Source of the DNA: Escherichia coli
GTDB lineage: Bacteria; Pseudomonadota; Gammaproteobacteria; Enterobacterales; Enterobacteriaceae
Assembly: GCF_036507355.1 (NCBI RefSeq)
Contig: NZ_AP027877.1
Direction: 5' to 3' (one strand)
Length of the DNA: 64,000 nt
The notes under the pieces: generated by a model
The model's database searches: none
What the model was told of the DNA's origin: nothing
Seen by the model: only the letters and a program-made list of their open reading frames with translations
Program-made: the position numbers and the translations under genes
Shown here: positions 22,600 to 38,564 of the stretch, in pieces
Position numbering within the stretch: position 1 is the stretch's first letter
Layout: each line of letters begins with the position of its first letter

Positions 22600-22825
22600 A
22601 AAAAGAACAAATGGTAGTGTCCGCTATTGCCAGTACACCTCACAGCTTGGTTTTGCGTTGGGATATTATTGCCAGTGGCGCAGCAAAAATAGATGCCAGA
22701 TACGGAAGTGGAGTGAGTGGGGAACGTGCTTAAGTTTTGTTACGTTGGGTATGATGGCGTGGGCTTTGCGGTAATTCCCTGAATCAAAAAGTAGGTCAGA
22801 TTGTTGACAACGTGGCACTTTGTTC

Positions 22826-22862
22826 ATGCCTGATGCGGCGTGAATGCCTTCTCAGGCCTACA
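22826..22862. repeat. REP element (gcctgatgcggcgtgaatgccttctcaggcctac)
   Basis: Matches the REP consensus pattern GCCTGATGCGRCG...GGCCTAC; downstream of glpD. Confidence 0.7.
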
Positions 22863-22895
22863 AAATCATGCAAATTCAATATATTGCATAAACCA

Positions 22896-22928
22896 CGTAG
22901 GCCTGATAAGCGTAGCGCATCAGGCAAT
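22896..22928. repeat. REP element, inverted relative to the preceding copy (BIME-like pair)
   Basis: gtaggcctgataagcgtagcgcatcaggc. Confidence 0.7.
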
Positions 22929-22988
22929 TTTGTGTTTGTCATCAGTCTCAGGCCAGATTGAAATCTGACCTGATCACCTTACGTTAAT

Positions 22989-24494
22989 TTACGACGCCAG
23001 CGACAACTTCTGCTGCGTATACTCCACCAGCCACTGACTCACACGAGATTGTTGATCCGCATTCAGCCACATGCCTTGTTTTGTGCGACGCCACAGGGCA
23101 TCGTCGGCGCGGCGGACCCATTCGTGATCCACCAGGTATTTCAGCTCCGCTTCGTAGAACTCATGACCGAAATCTTCCCCGAGATCGCTTACCGTCCCCG
23201 CATTGCCGAGCAGCAACTCGCTGTTGCTGCCGTAAGTGCGCGCGTAGTGACGTGCCAGCGATTCGGTCAGGAACGGGTAGCGGCGGCGCAGGCGGGCGGC
23301 ATAATCGTCGCGGTCGCCTTCAATGGCACCACCCGGCAGCACGCTCTCTTTCGTCCATGCCGGGCCAATGCCCTGATAATACGGCGTTAGTTTTTCCAGC
23401 GCGTGCTCCGCCAGTTTGCGGTAGGTGGTCAGCTTACCGCCGAATACCGACAGCAGCGGTGCTTTGCCGTTTTCATCATGGATATCAAGGGTGTAATCAC
23501 GGGTAATGGCCTGCGGCGAGTCGGACTCATCATCACACAGCGGACGCACACCGGAGTAAGTCCAGACGATATCGTCACGGCTTAACTGCTTTTTAAAGTG
23601 CGCGTTATACACTTTCAGCAGGTAATTGATTTCACTCTCTTCAATCTTCACCGCTTTCGGATCGCCTTTGTATTCCACATCGGTGGTGCCGATGATGGAA
23701 AACTCATCCATCCACGGGATCACGAACACAATGCGTTTATCTTCGTTTTGCAGAATGTAGGCTTGCTTCTGGGTATGCACACGCGGCACCACAATATGGC
23801 TGCCTTTGATCAGGCGAATGCCATAAGGCGAAGGCAGATGCATGCCGTCGTCGAAGAACTGTTTCACCCACGGGCCGGTAGCATTCACCAGGCCGCGCGC
23901 CTGCCAGCGGTATTTTTTGCCGGTGTCGATATCTTCCGCTTCCACAATCCACAAGCCGTTTTCGCGGCGAGCAGAGGTGGCGCGAGTGCGGGTAAGCACT
24001 TCGCCGCCTTTACGCACCACCATCTGAGCGTTGGCGAGTACCAGACGGGCGTCGTCTACCCAACAGTCGGAATATTCGAATCCGCGCTTGATTTCCGGTT
24101 TTAACACTGAGTTTGCGCCAAAACGCAAGCCGGTTGATCCCGGCAGGCTGGTGCGTTTACCCAGATGATCGTACATAAACAGACCAATCCGAATCATCCA
24201 CGCCGGGCGCAGATGCGGACGATGTGGCAGGCGAAAACGCATCGGGAAGGCGATATGCGGGGCCATTTTCAGCAGCACTTCACGTTCAGCCAGCGCCTCG
24301 CTGACCAGGCGGAATTCATAGTGCTCAAGGTAGCGCAGGCCACCGTGAATGAGTTTTGAACTAGCGGAAGAGGTCGCGCAAGCGAGATCCTGCGCCTCCA
24401 GCATCAGCACGGATAAACCGCGTCCAGCGGCGTCTGCCGCGATACCAGCACCATTGATGCCGCCCCCTATCACAATCAGATCTTTGGTTTCCAT
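22989..24494 (-). CDS. glpD: Aerobic glycerol-3-phosphate dehydrogenase
   Basis: Matches GlpD METKDLIVIGGGINGAG...; FAD-binding motif; 501 aa from the internal Met. Confidence 0.95.
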   Translation of the reverse strand: METKDLIVIGGGINGAGIAADAAGRGLSVLMLEAQDLACATSSASSKLIHGGLRYLEHYEFRLVSEALAEREVLLKMAPHIAFPMRFRLPHRPHLRPAWMIRIGLFMYDHLGKRTSLPGSTGLRFGANSVLKPEIKRGFEYSDCWVDDARLVLANAQMVVRKGGEVLTRTRATSARRENGLWIVEAEDIDTGKKYRWQARGLVNATGPWVKQFFDDGMHLPSPYGIRLIKGSHIVVPRVHTQKQAYILQNEDKRIVFVIPWMDEFSIIGTTDVEYKGDPKAVKIEESEINYLLKVYNAHFKKQLSRDDIVWTYSGVRPLCDDESDSPQAITRDYTLDIHDENGKAPLLSVFGGKLTTYRKLAEHALEKLTPYYQGIGPAWTKESVLPGGAIEGDRDDYAARLRRRYPFLTESLARHYARTYGSNSELLLGNAGTVSDLGEDFGHEFYEAELKYLVDHEWVRRADDALWRRTKQGMWLNADQQSRVSQWLVEYTQQKLSLAS

Positions 24495-24527
24495 GCTGCC
24501 CTCATTCACTTTCGTTAAAGCTCATAA

Positions 24528-24545
24528 ATGTTCGTTATCGAACAT
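24528..24545. promoter_or_regulatory. GlpR operator (perfect palindrome atgttcgttatcgaacat) in the divergent glpD / glpEGR control region
   Basis: 18-bp perfect palindrome 34 bp upstream of the glpD start codon. Confidence 0.65.
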
Positions 24546-24605
24546 ATTAGCAAAGAATTGCGCTTTAGGTAACATTGAAAAAACATTTTAGAGTGATATG
24601 TATAA

Positions 24606-25010
<405 letters not shown>

Positions 25011-25042
25011 CGCTTTATACTGTCCCCTTTTGTGTGGAATAA

Positions 25043-25885
<843 letters not shown>

Positions 25886-25901
25886 TTCCAGGGATTTAGA
25901 A

Positions 25902-26660
25902 ATGAAACAAACACAACGTCACAACGGTATTATCGAACTGGTTAAACAGCAGGGTTATGTCAGTACCGAAGAGCTGGTAGAGCATTTCTCCGTCAGCCCG
26001 CAGACTATTCGCCGCGACCTCAATGAGCTGGCGGAGCAAAACCTGATCCTGCGCCATCACGGCGGTGCGGCGCTGCCTTCCAGTTCGGTTAACACGCCGT
26101 GGCACGATCGCAAGGCCACCCAGACCGAAGAAAAAGAGCGCATCGCCCGTAAAGTGGCGGAGCAAATCCCCAACGGCTCGACGCTGTTTATCGATATTGG
26201 CACCACGCCGGAAGCGGTGGCGCACGCGCTGCTTAATCACAGCAATTTGCGTATTGTCACCAACAATCTCAATGTTGCTAACACGTTGATGGTAAAAGAA
26301 GATTTCCGCATTATTCTCGCCGGTGGCGAATTACGCAGCCGCGATGGCGGGATCATTGGCGAAGCGACGCTCGATTTTATCTCCCAGTTCCGCCTTGATT
26401 TCGGCATTCTGGGGATAAGCGGCATCGATAGCGACGGCTCGCTGCTGGAGTTCGATTACCACGAAGTTCGCACCAAACGCGCCATTATTGAGAACTCGCG
26501 CCACGTTATGCTGGTGGTCGATCACTCGAAATTTGGCCGTAACGCGATGGTCAATATGGGCAGCATCAGCATGGTAGATGCCGTCTACACCGACGCCCCG
26601 CCGCCAGTAAGCGTGATGCAGGTGCTGACGGACCACCATATTCAACTGGAGCTGTGCTGA
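25902..26660 (+). CDS. glpR: DeoR-family glycerol-3-phosphate regulon repressor
   Basis: 252 aa from MKQTQRHNGIIELVKQQGYVSTEEL... Confidence 0.9.
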   Translation: MKQTQRHNGIIELVKQQGYVSTEELVEHFSVSPQTIRRDLNELAEQNLILRHHGGAALPSSSVNTPWHDRKATQTEEKERIARKVAEQIPNGSTLFIDIGTTPEAVAHALLNHSNLRIVTNNLNVANTLMVKEDFRIILAGGELRSRDGGIIGEATLDFISQFRLDFGILGISGIDSDGSLLEFDYHEVRTKRAIIENSRHVMLVVDHSKFGRNAMVNMGSISMVDAVYTDAPPPVSVMQVLTDHHIQLELC

Positions 26661-28240
26661 TCCTGCACGGCTTCCCACGTCAGACCAAAACGCGCCAGGT
26701 ATTTGCGTAGCCGATCCGCGTCATTGACGCTGGCTTTGCCCTGGCGCGAAACGTCAAAAAGCTGGCGTCCGGCTGCGGAAAGCGACTTTGCCTGGCGGCA
26801 GATTGCGATAACGTGTTCCAGTTGCATACGGTCGAAGAGATCGATGTTTTCTGCCTCTGCGCCCAGCAACGCCGTAAGCGCGGAGGGGCGGCTCTCCTGC
26901 CAGTTATAGCGCAGACGGTTTATCTCATCTTCAACCACGTCCAGAGTAATGCGTCCGCTAGAGGCAAAGGTTGCCATTCGCGTGACGCTGGCAGAAAGCT
27001 CGCGAAAGTTACCGCGCCATGTTGCCTGGGGAGATGTCGCAAAGGCCAGCCAGGCGCGCCGCGCTTCGGTGTTAAAACGCACGCTGTCGCCGGTGAGTGA
27101 AGCGTGGCGCTCCACTTCATAATCCAGGTTAGGTTCAATATCTTCCTGACGCTGGCGTAGCCCCGGCAGGGTGAAGGTCCAGAGATTGATCCGCGCGTAT
27201 AGATCTTCGCGGAATTTGCCATCGGCAACCAACTGGCGTAAATCGCGCACCGTTCCGGCGATGAGCTGAAAATCACTGCTCACCTGGCGATCGCTGCCAA
27301 ACGGGTAAAAGTTTTTCTCTTCAATGGCTTTCAGCAGCATTGCCTGTTCGTCTGCGCCCAGTTCGCCAATCTCATCAAGAAACAACATCCCACCGTTGGC
27401 GCTACGTAATAATCCTTCACGGGATTCCCGCGCCCCGGTAAACGCGCCTTTTACATGACCAAACAGCGTCGACATGGCGGTATCGCCACGCAAGGTAGCG
27501 CAGTTCACTTCCACAAACGCGCCGCTAAACTGATGCCGCGCCTGTTTTAATTCGAAAATGCGTCGTGCCAGAAACGACTTACCCGCACCGGTCGGGCCGT
27601 TAAGCAGGATCGGTGCGCGGGATTTAATCGCCACTTTTTCAATCTGCTCAATCATGCGGTTGAAGTGGGGGTTACGCGTGGCAATGCCGGACTTAAGAAA
27701 ATCAAGCGTTTGCTGGCGTTCCTCGGCAAAGCGGCTGGCGATGGCGTTATAACGGCTTAGATCGAGATCGATAATCGTCACTTCACCTGAGCCGCGCGGT
27801 TGTTCTTTTTTGCGCGGAGGTGAAGATTGTATCAACCGGGCGGGTAGATAACGCGCTTCCGCCAGCAGAAACCAGCAAATCTGCGCGACGTGGGTGCCGG
27901 TGGTGATGTGAATTAAATAGTCTTCTTTTTCTGGCTGAAACTCGTAACCACGGGCGAAATCATGCAGGCAGGCGTAAACCTCTTCGAAATCCCACGGGTT
28001 ATGCAGTTCAATCTCAACGCTCACCACTTCTGTTTCTGGCGAAACGCTGGCGATATCGCGTTTAAGCGTTTCAAATAGCGAGCGCGAGCGGGCGTCATGC
28101 AATAATTCCAGTCGATCGATGACCAACGATTCTTGCTGGCATAAACAAAGCGTCGGACGCCATTTCGACCAGCGCTGACTGCCGCGCCCGGCATAATCCA
28201 GCACCGTTCCGACAAAGCCAAAAGCCACTGTTTTACGCAT
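26642..28240 (-). CDS. rtcR: Sigma-54-dependent transcriptional activator of rtcBA
   Basis: 532 aa from [18 protein letters not shown]...; AAA+ sigma-54 interaction domain (GAFTGA-like), C-terminal HTH. 3' end overlaps the glpR 3' end by 19 nt. Confidence 0.9.
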   Translation of the reverse strand: MRKTVAFGFVGTVLDYAGRGSQRWSKWRPTLCLCQQESLVIDRLELLHDARSRSLFETLKRDIASVSPETEVVSVEIELHNPWDFEEVYACLHDFARGYEFQPEKEDYLIHITTGTHVAQICWFLLAEARYLPARLIQSSPPRKKEQPRGSGEVTIIDLDLSRYNAIASRFAEERQQTLDFLKSGIATRNPHFNRMIEQIEKVAIKSRAPILLNGPTGAGKSFLARRIFELKQARHQFSGAFVEVNCATLRGDTAMSTLFGHVKGAFTGARESREGLLRSANGGMLFLDEIGELGADEQAMLLKAIEEKNFYPFGSDRQVSSDFQLIAGTVRDLRQLVADGKFREDLYARINLWTFTLPGLRQRQEDIEPNLDYEVERHASLTGDSVRFNTEARRAWLAFATSPQATWRGNFRELSASVTRMATFASSGRITLDVVEDEINRLRYNWQESRPSALTALLGAEAENIDLFDRMQLEHVIAICRQAKSLSAAGRQLFDVSRQGKASVNDADRLRKYLARFGLTWEAVQDQHSSS

Positions 28241-28372
28241 CTTAGATATCCTTATAAAAGACGATATTTCATTATCGGTAAATCGGCTTTGCGGGAAATC
28301 TCCGGTTACGGACGTAAAGATATAATCTTTTTTAAAACAATGAGTTAAAAAATTAATCTGCTTATTTAATTT

Positions 28373-28391
28373 TCTGGCACGACGGTTGCAA
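28373..28391 (+). promoter_or_regulatory. Sigma-54 promoter (-24 TGGCAC / -12 TTGCA) for rtcBA
   Basis: ctggcacgacggttgcaat with canonical GG-N10-GC spacing, 36 nt upstream of the rtcB ATG. Confidence 0.85.
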
Positions 28392-28426
28392 TTATCAGGA
28401 CATACCAACGAAAAGAGAAAAACAAA

Positions 28427-29653
28427 ATGAATTACGAATTACTGACCACTGAAAATGCCCCGGTAAAAATGTGGACCAAAGGCGTGCCGGTAGAAGCCGA
28501 TGCGCGTCAGCAACTTATTAATACGGCGAAGATGCCGTTTATTTTCAAACATATTGCGGTAATGCCTGATGTACACCTGGGTAAAGGTTCCACCATTGGT
28601 AGCGTGATCCCGACCAAAGGGGCGATTATTCCGGCGGCGGTGGGCGTGGATATCGGTTGTGGAATGAACGCACTACGTACCGCTTTAACGGCGGCAGATC
28701 TGCCTGAAAACCTGGCGGAGCTGCGTCAGGCGATTGAAACGGCCGTGCCGCACGGGCGTACTACCGGACGTTGTAAACGTGATAAAGGCGCATGGGAAAA
28801 CCCGCCTGTTAACGTCGATGCGAAATGGGCTGAGCTGGAGGCCGGTTATCAGTGGTTAACGCAAAAATATCCGCGTTTCCTTAACACTAACAACTATAAA
28901 CACCTGGGAACGCTGGGAACGGGTAACCACTTTATTGAAATCTGCCTTGATGGGTCGGACCAGGTGTGGATTATGCTGCACTCCGGTTCACGCGGAATTG
29001 GTAACGCTATCGGGACTTACTTTATCGATCTGGCGCAAAAAGAGATGCAGGACCAACTTGAGACGTTGCCGTCGCGTGATCTGGCGTACTTTATGGAAGG
29101 TACGGAATACTTTGATGATTACCTAAGAGCCGTGGCCTGGGCGCAGCTTTTCGCCAGCCTTAACCGCGATGCGATGATGGAAAACGTGGTAACGGCGTTG
29201 CAGAGCATTACGCAGAAAACGGTCAGACAGCCACAAACGCTGGCGATGGAAGAGATCAACTGTCACCACAACTATGTGCAAAAAGAACAGCACTTTGGTG
29301 AAGAGATCTATGTGACGCGTAAAGGCGCGGTGTCTGCGCGTGCTGGTCAATATGGAATTATTCCAGGGTCGATGGGAGCGAAAAGCTTTATCGTCCGTGG
29401 GCTGGGAAATGAAGAGTCGTTCTGTTCGTGCAGCCACGGTGCCGGGCGGGTTATGAGCCGTACTAAAGCGAAAAAAATGTTCAGCGTGGAAGATCAAATT
29501 CGTGCCACCGCGCATGTGGAATGCCGTAAAGATGCCGAAGTGATCGACGAAATCCCGATGGCGTATAAAGATATTGATGCGGTGATGGCGGCACAAAGCG
29601 ATCTGGTGGAAGTTATCTATACCCTGCGTCAGGTGGTGTGCGTAAAAGGATAA
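28427..29653 (+). CDS. rtcB: RNA-splicing ligase RtcB
   Basis: 408-aa ORF; conserved His and Cys metal-ligand motifs. Confidence 0.95.
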   Translation: MNYELLTTENAPVKMWTKGVPVEADARQQLINTAKMPFIFKHIAVMPDVHLGKGSTIGSVIPTKGAIIPAAVGVDIGCGMNALRTALTAADLPENLAELRQAIETAVPHGRTTGRCKRDKGAWENPPVNVDAKWAELEAGYQWLTQKYPRFLNTNNYKHLGTLGTGNHFIEICLDGSDQVWIMLHSGSRGIGNAIGTYFIDLAQKEMQDQLETLPSRDLAYFMEGTEYFDDYLRAVAWAQLFASLNRDAMMENVVTALQSITQKTVRQPQTLAMEEINCHHNYVQKEQHFGEEIYVTRKGAVSARAGQYGIIPGSMGAKSFIVRGLGNEESFCSCSHGAGRVMSRTKAKKMFSVEDQIRATAHVECRKDAEVIDEIPMAYKDIDAVMAAQSDLVEVIYTLRQVVCVKG

Positions 29654-30673
<1,020 letters not shown>

Positions 30674-30686
30674 TATAAAGATGTAA

Positions 30687-30710
30687 GCCGGATCCAATGC
30701 ATTATCCGGC
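30687..30710. terminator. Palindromic REP-like hairpin (gccggat...atccggc) between convergent rtcA and malT
   Basis: Inverted repeat seen in sequence. Confidence 0.5.
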
Positions 30711-30715
30711 TAAAC

Positions 30716-33427
<2,712 letters not shown>

Positions 33428-33540
33428 TCACTTCACTGTGGAAAATGAGGAAATATTATTTTTTTTGCGCTTCGTAATTAATGGTTATAAGGTCGGCCAG
33501 AAACCTTTCTAATGCAAGCGATGACGTTTTTTTATGTGTC

Positions 33541-33562
33541 TGAATTTGCACTGTGTCACAAT
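33541..33562. promoter_or_regulatory. Putative CRP site in the malT promoter (aattgtgacacagtgcaaattc on the malT strand)
   Basis: TGTGA half-site plus a degenerate second half, about 120 bp upstream of malT. Confidence 0.4.
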
Positions 33563-33919
33563 TCCAAATCTTTATTAACAACTCACCTAAAACGACGCTG
33601 ATCCAGCGTGAATACTGGTTTCCCTTATGTTCATCAGATTCATTTAAGCAAGGGTTTCTTCTTCATTCCTGATGAAAGTGCTATCTAAAAAGATGATCTT
33701 AATAAATCTATTAAGAATGAGATGGAGCACACTGGATATTTTACTTGTGAAACTGTTTCACTCCTTTACTTAATTTATAGAGTTACCTTCCGCTTTTTGA
33801 AAATACGCAACGGCCATTTTTTGCACTTAGATACAGATTTTCTGCGCTGTATGGCATTGATTTGCTGCTAATCCTGTGGTTTGCACTAGCTTTAAGTGGT
33901 CGAGATCACATTTCCTTGC

Positions 33920-33962
33920 TCATCCCCGCAACTCCTCCCTGCCTAATCCCCCGCAGGATGAG
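33920..33962. promoter_or_regulatory. MalT boxes (GGATGA / GGAGGA hexamers in both orientations) in the malPQ promoter
   Basis: tcatcc (33920-25), tcctcc (33933-38) and ggatga (33956-61), about 70-110 bp upstream of malP. Confidence 0.5.
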
Positions 33963-34008
33963 GAAGGTCAACATCGAGCCTGGCAAACTAGCGATAACGT
34001 TGTGTTGA

Positions 34009-36426
<2,418 letters not shown>

Positions 36427-36435
36427 GGAAGCTCG

Positions 36436-38520
36436 ATGGAAAGCAAACGTCTGGATAATGCCGCGCTGGCGGCGGGGATTAGCCCCAATTACATCAATGC
36501 CCACGGTAAACCGCAGTCGATTAGCGCCGAAACCAAACGGCGTTTGCTTGACGCGATGCATCAACGTACCGCCACGAAAGTGGCGGTAACGCCAGTCCCG
36601 AATGTCATGGTTTATACCAGCGGCAAAAAAATGCCGATGGTGGTGGAGGGCAGCGGCGAATATAGCTGGCTGCTGACCACCGAAGAAGGAACGCAGTACA
36701 AAGGCCATATAACGGGGGGCAAAGCGTTCAATCTACCGACGAAGCTGCCGGAAGGTTATCACACGCTGACGCTTACCCAGGAAGACCAGCGCGCGCATTG
36801 CAGGGTGATTGTCGCCCCGAAACGCTGTTACGAACCGCAGGCGTTGCTGAATAAACAAAAGCTGTGGGGTGCCTGCGTCCAGCTTTATACGCTGCGATCG
36901 GAAAAAAACTGGGGTATTGGGGATTTTGGCGATCTCAAAGCGATGCTGGTGGATGTGGCAAAACGTGGCGGGTCGTTCATCGGCCTGAACCCGATTCATG
37001 CGCTCTATCCGGCAAATCCGGAGAGCGCCAGCCCATACAGCCCGTCTTCTCGCCGCTGGCTGAATGTGATTTATATCGACGTTAACGCCGTCGAAGATTT
37101 CCATCTTAGCGAAGAGGCTCAGGCCTGGTGGCAGTTGCCGACCACGCAACAGACGCTGCAACAGGCGCGGGATGCCGACTGGGTCGATTACTCCACGGTT
37201 ACCGCCCTAAAAATGACAGCATTACGAATGGCGTGGAAAGGTTTCGCGCAACGTGATGATGAGCAGATGGCCGCGTTTCGCCAGTTTGTTGCAGATCAAG
37301 GCGACAGCCTGTTCTGGCAGGCAGCCTTTGATGCGCTACATGCCCAGCAAGTGAAAGAGGACGAAATGCGCTGGGGCTGGCCTGCATGGCCAGAGATGTA
37401 TCAGAACGTGGATTCACCAGAAGTGCGTCAGTTCTGCGAAGAACATCGCGATGACGTTGATTTTTATCTCTGGCTGCAGTGGCTGGCTTACAGCCAGTTT
37501 GCCGCCTGCTGGGAGATAAGCCAGGGCTATGAAATGCCGATTGGCTTGTATCGTGATCTGGCGGTTGGCGTAGCGGAAGGTGGGGCGGAAACCTGGTGCG
37601 ACCGTGAACTGTATTGCCTGAAAGCGTCGGTTGGCGCGCCGCCGGATATCCTCGGCCCGTTGGGGCAGAACTGGGGATTGCCGCCAATGGACCCGCATAT
37701 CATCACCGCGCGTGCTTATGAACCGTTTATCGAGCTGTTGCGTGCCAATATGCAAAACTGCGGCGCATTACGAATTGACCATGTGATGTCGATGCTGCGT
37801 TTGTGGTGGATACCTTATGGCGAGACGGCGGATCAGGGGGCATACGTACACTATCCGGTGGATGATCTGCTCTCAATTCTGGCACTCGAAAGTAAGCGTC
37901 ATCGCTGCATGGTGATTGGTGAAGATCTCGGTACCGTACCGGTAGAGATTGTCGGCAAGCTGCGCAGCAGCGGTGTTTACTCCTACAAAGTGCTCTATTT
38001 CGAAAACGACCACGAGAAGACGTTCCGTTCACCGAAAGCGTACCCGGAGCAGTCGATGGCGGTTGCGGCGACACACGACCTGCCAACGCTGCGTGGTTAC
38101 TGGGAGAGCGGGGATCTAACTCTGGGCAAAACCCTGGGGCTGTATCCGGATGAAGTGGTACTGCGCGGTCTGTATCAGGATCGCGAACTGGCGAAGCAAG
38201 GGCTGCTGGATGCACTGCATAAATATGGTTGTCTGCCAAAACGTGCCGGGCATAAGGCATCGTTGATGTCGATGACGCCGACGCTGAACCGTGGTTTGCA
38301 GCGCTACATTGCCGACAGTAACAGTGCTCTGTTAGGACTACAGCCGGAAGACTGGCTGGATATGGCCGAACCGGTGAATATTCCTGGCACCAGTTACCAG
38401 TATAAAAACTGGCGACGCAAGCTTTCCGCAACGCTTGAGACGATGTTTGCCGATGATGGCGTGAACAAGTTGCTGAAGGATTTGGACAGACGGCGCAGAG
38501 CTGCAGCGAAGAAGAAGTAG
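36436..38520 (+). CDS. malQ: 4-alpha-glucanotransferase (amylomaltase)
   Basis: 694-aa ORF. Confidence 0.95.
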   Translation: MESKRLDNAALAAGISPNYINAHGKPQSISAETKRRLLDAMHQRTATKVAVTPVPNVMVYTSGKKMPMVVEGSGEYSWLLTTEEGTQYKGHITGGKAFNLPTKLPEGYHTLTLTQEDQRAHCRVIVAPKRCYEPQALLNKQKLWGACVQLYTLRSEKNWGIGDFGDLKAMLVDVAKRGGSFIGLNPIHALYPANPESASPYSPSSRRWLNVIYIDVNAVEDFHLSEEAQAWWQLPTTQQTLQQARDADWVDYSTVTALKMTALRMAWKGFAQRDDEQMAAFRQFVADQGDSLFWQAAFDALHAQQVKEDEMRWGWPAWPEMYQNVDSPEVRQFCEEHRDDVDFYLWLQWLAYSQFAACWEISQGYEMPIGLYRDLAVGVAEGGAETWCDRELYCLKASVGAPPDILGPLGQNWGLPPMDPHIITARAYEPFIELLRANMQNCGALRIDHVMSMLRLWWIPYGETADQGAYVHYPVDDLLSILALESKRHRCMVIGEDLGTVPVEIVGKLRSSGVYSYKVLYFENDHEKTFRSPKAYPEQSMAVAATHDLPTLRGYWESGDLTLGKTLGLYPDEVVLRGLYQDRELAKQGLLDALHKYGCLPKRAGHKASLMSMTPTLNRGLQRYIADSNSALLGLQPEDWLDMAEPVNIPGTSYQYKNWRRKLSATLETMFADDGVNKLLKDLDRRRRAAAKKK

Positions 38521-38531
38521 AGTGCGGTTGA

Positions 38532-38554
38532 TGCCGGATGCGATGCATCCGGCA
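38532..38554. terminator. Perfect 23-bp palindrome (tgccggatgcgatgcatccggca) between convergent malQ and gntT
   Basis: Seen in sequence; REP-like bidirectional terminator hairpin. Confidence 0.55.
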
Positions 38555-38564
38555 GTCAGTGTTA

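Larger units (their letters stand above)
21379..22642 (+). mobile_element. IS3-family insertion sequence, 1264 bp, imperfect terminal inverted repeats (TGAGGT...CGGACACT), 3-bp target duplication CAG (21376-21378 and 22643-22645)
   Basis: Ends tgaggtagcctgagtttaacggacactcc / ggtagtgtccgctattgccagtacacctca; two-ORF orfA/orfB organisation. Length and orfA sequence are consistent with an IS600-like element from memory, not verified. Confidence 0.85.
20905..22774 (+). pseudogene. Small polytopic membrane protein gene (about 200 codons before insertion) split by an IS3-family element; 5' part 20905-21378, 3' part 22643-22774
   Basis: ATG overlaps the upstream stop (TAATG). The reading frame is restored exactly when the 1264-bp IS and one copy of the CAG duplication are removed. 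The IS supplies a premature TGA at 21379-21381. Confidence 0.7.

Noticed and set aside
22505-22774. 89-aa ORF starting inside the IS right end
   Set aside because: Not an independent gene: it reads through the IS end into the 3' fragment of the disrupted membrane-protein gene.
23598-24104. 168-aa plus-strand ORF inside glpD
   Set aside because: Antisense shadow ORF in a GC-rich core gene.
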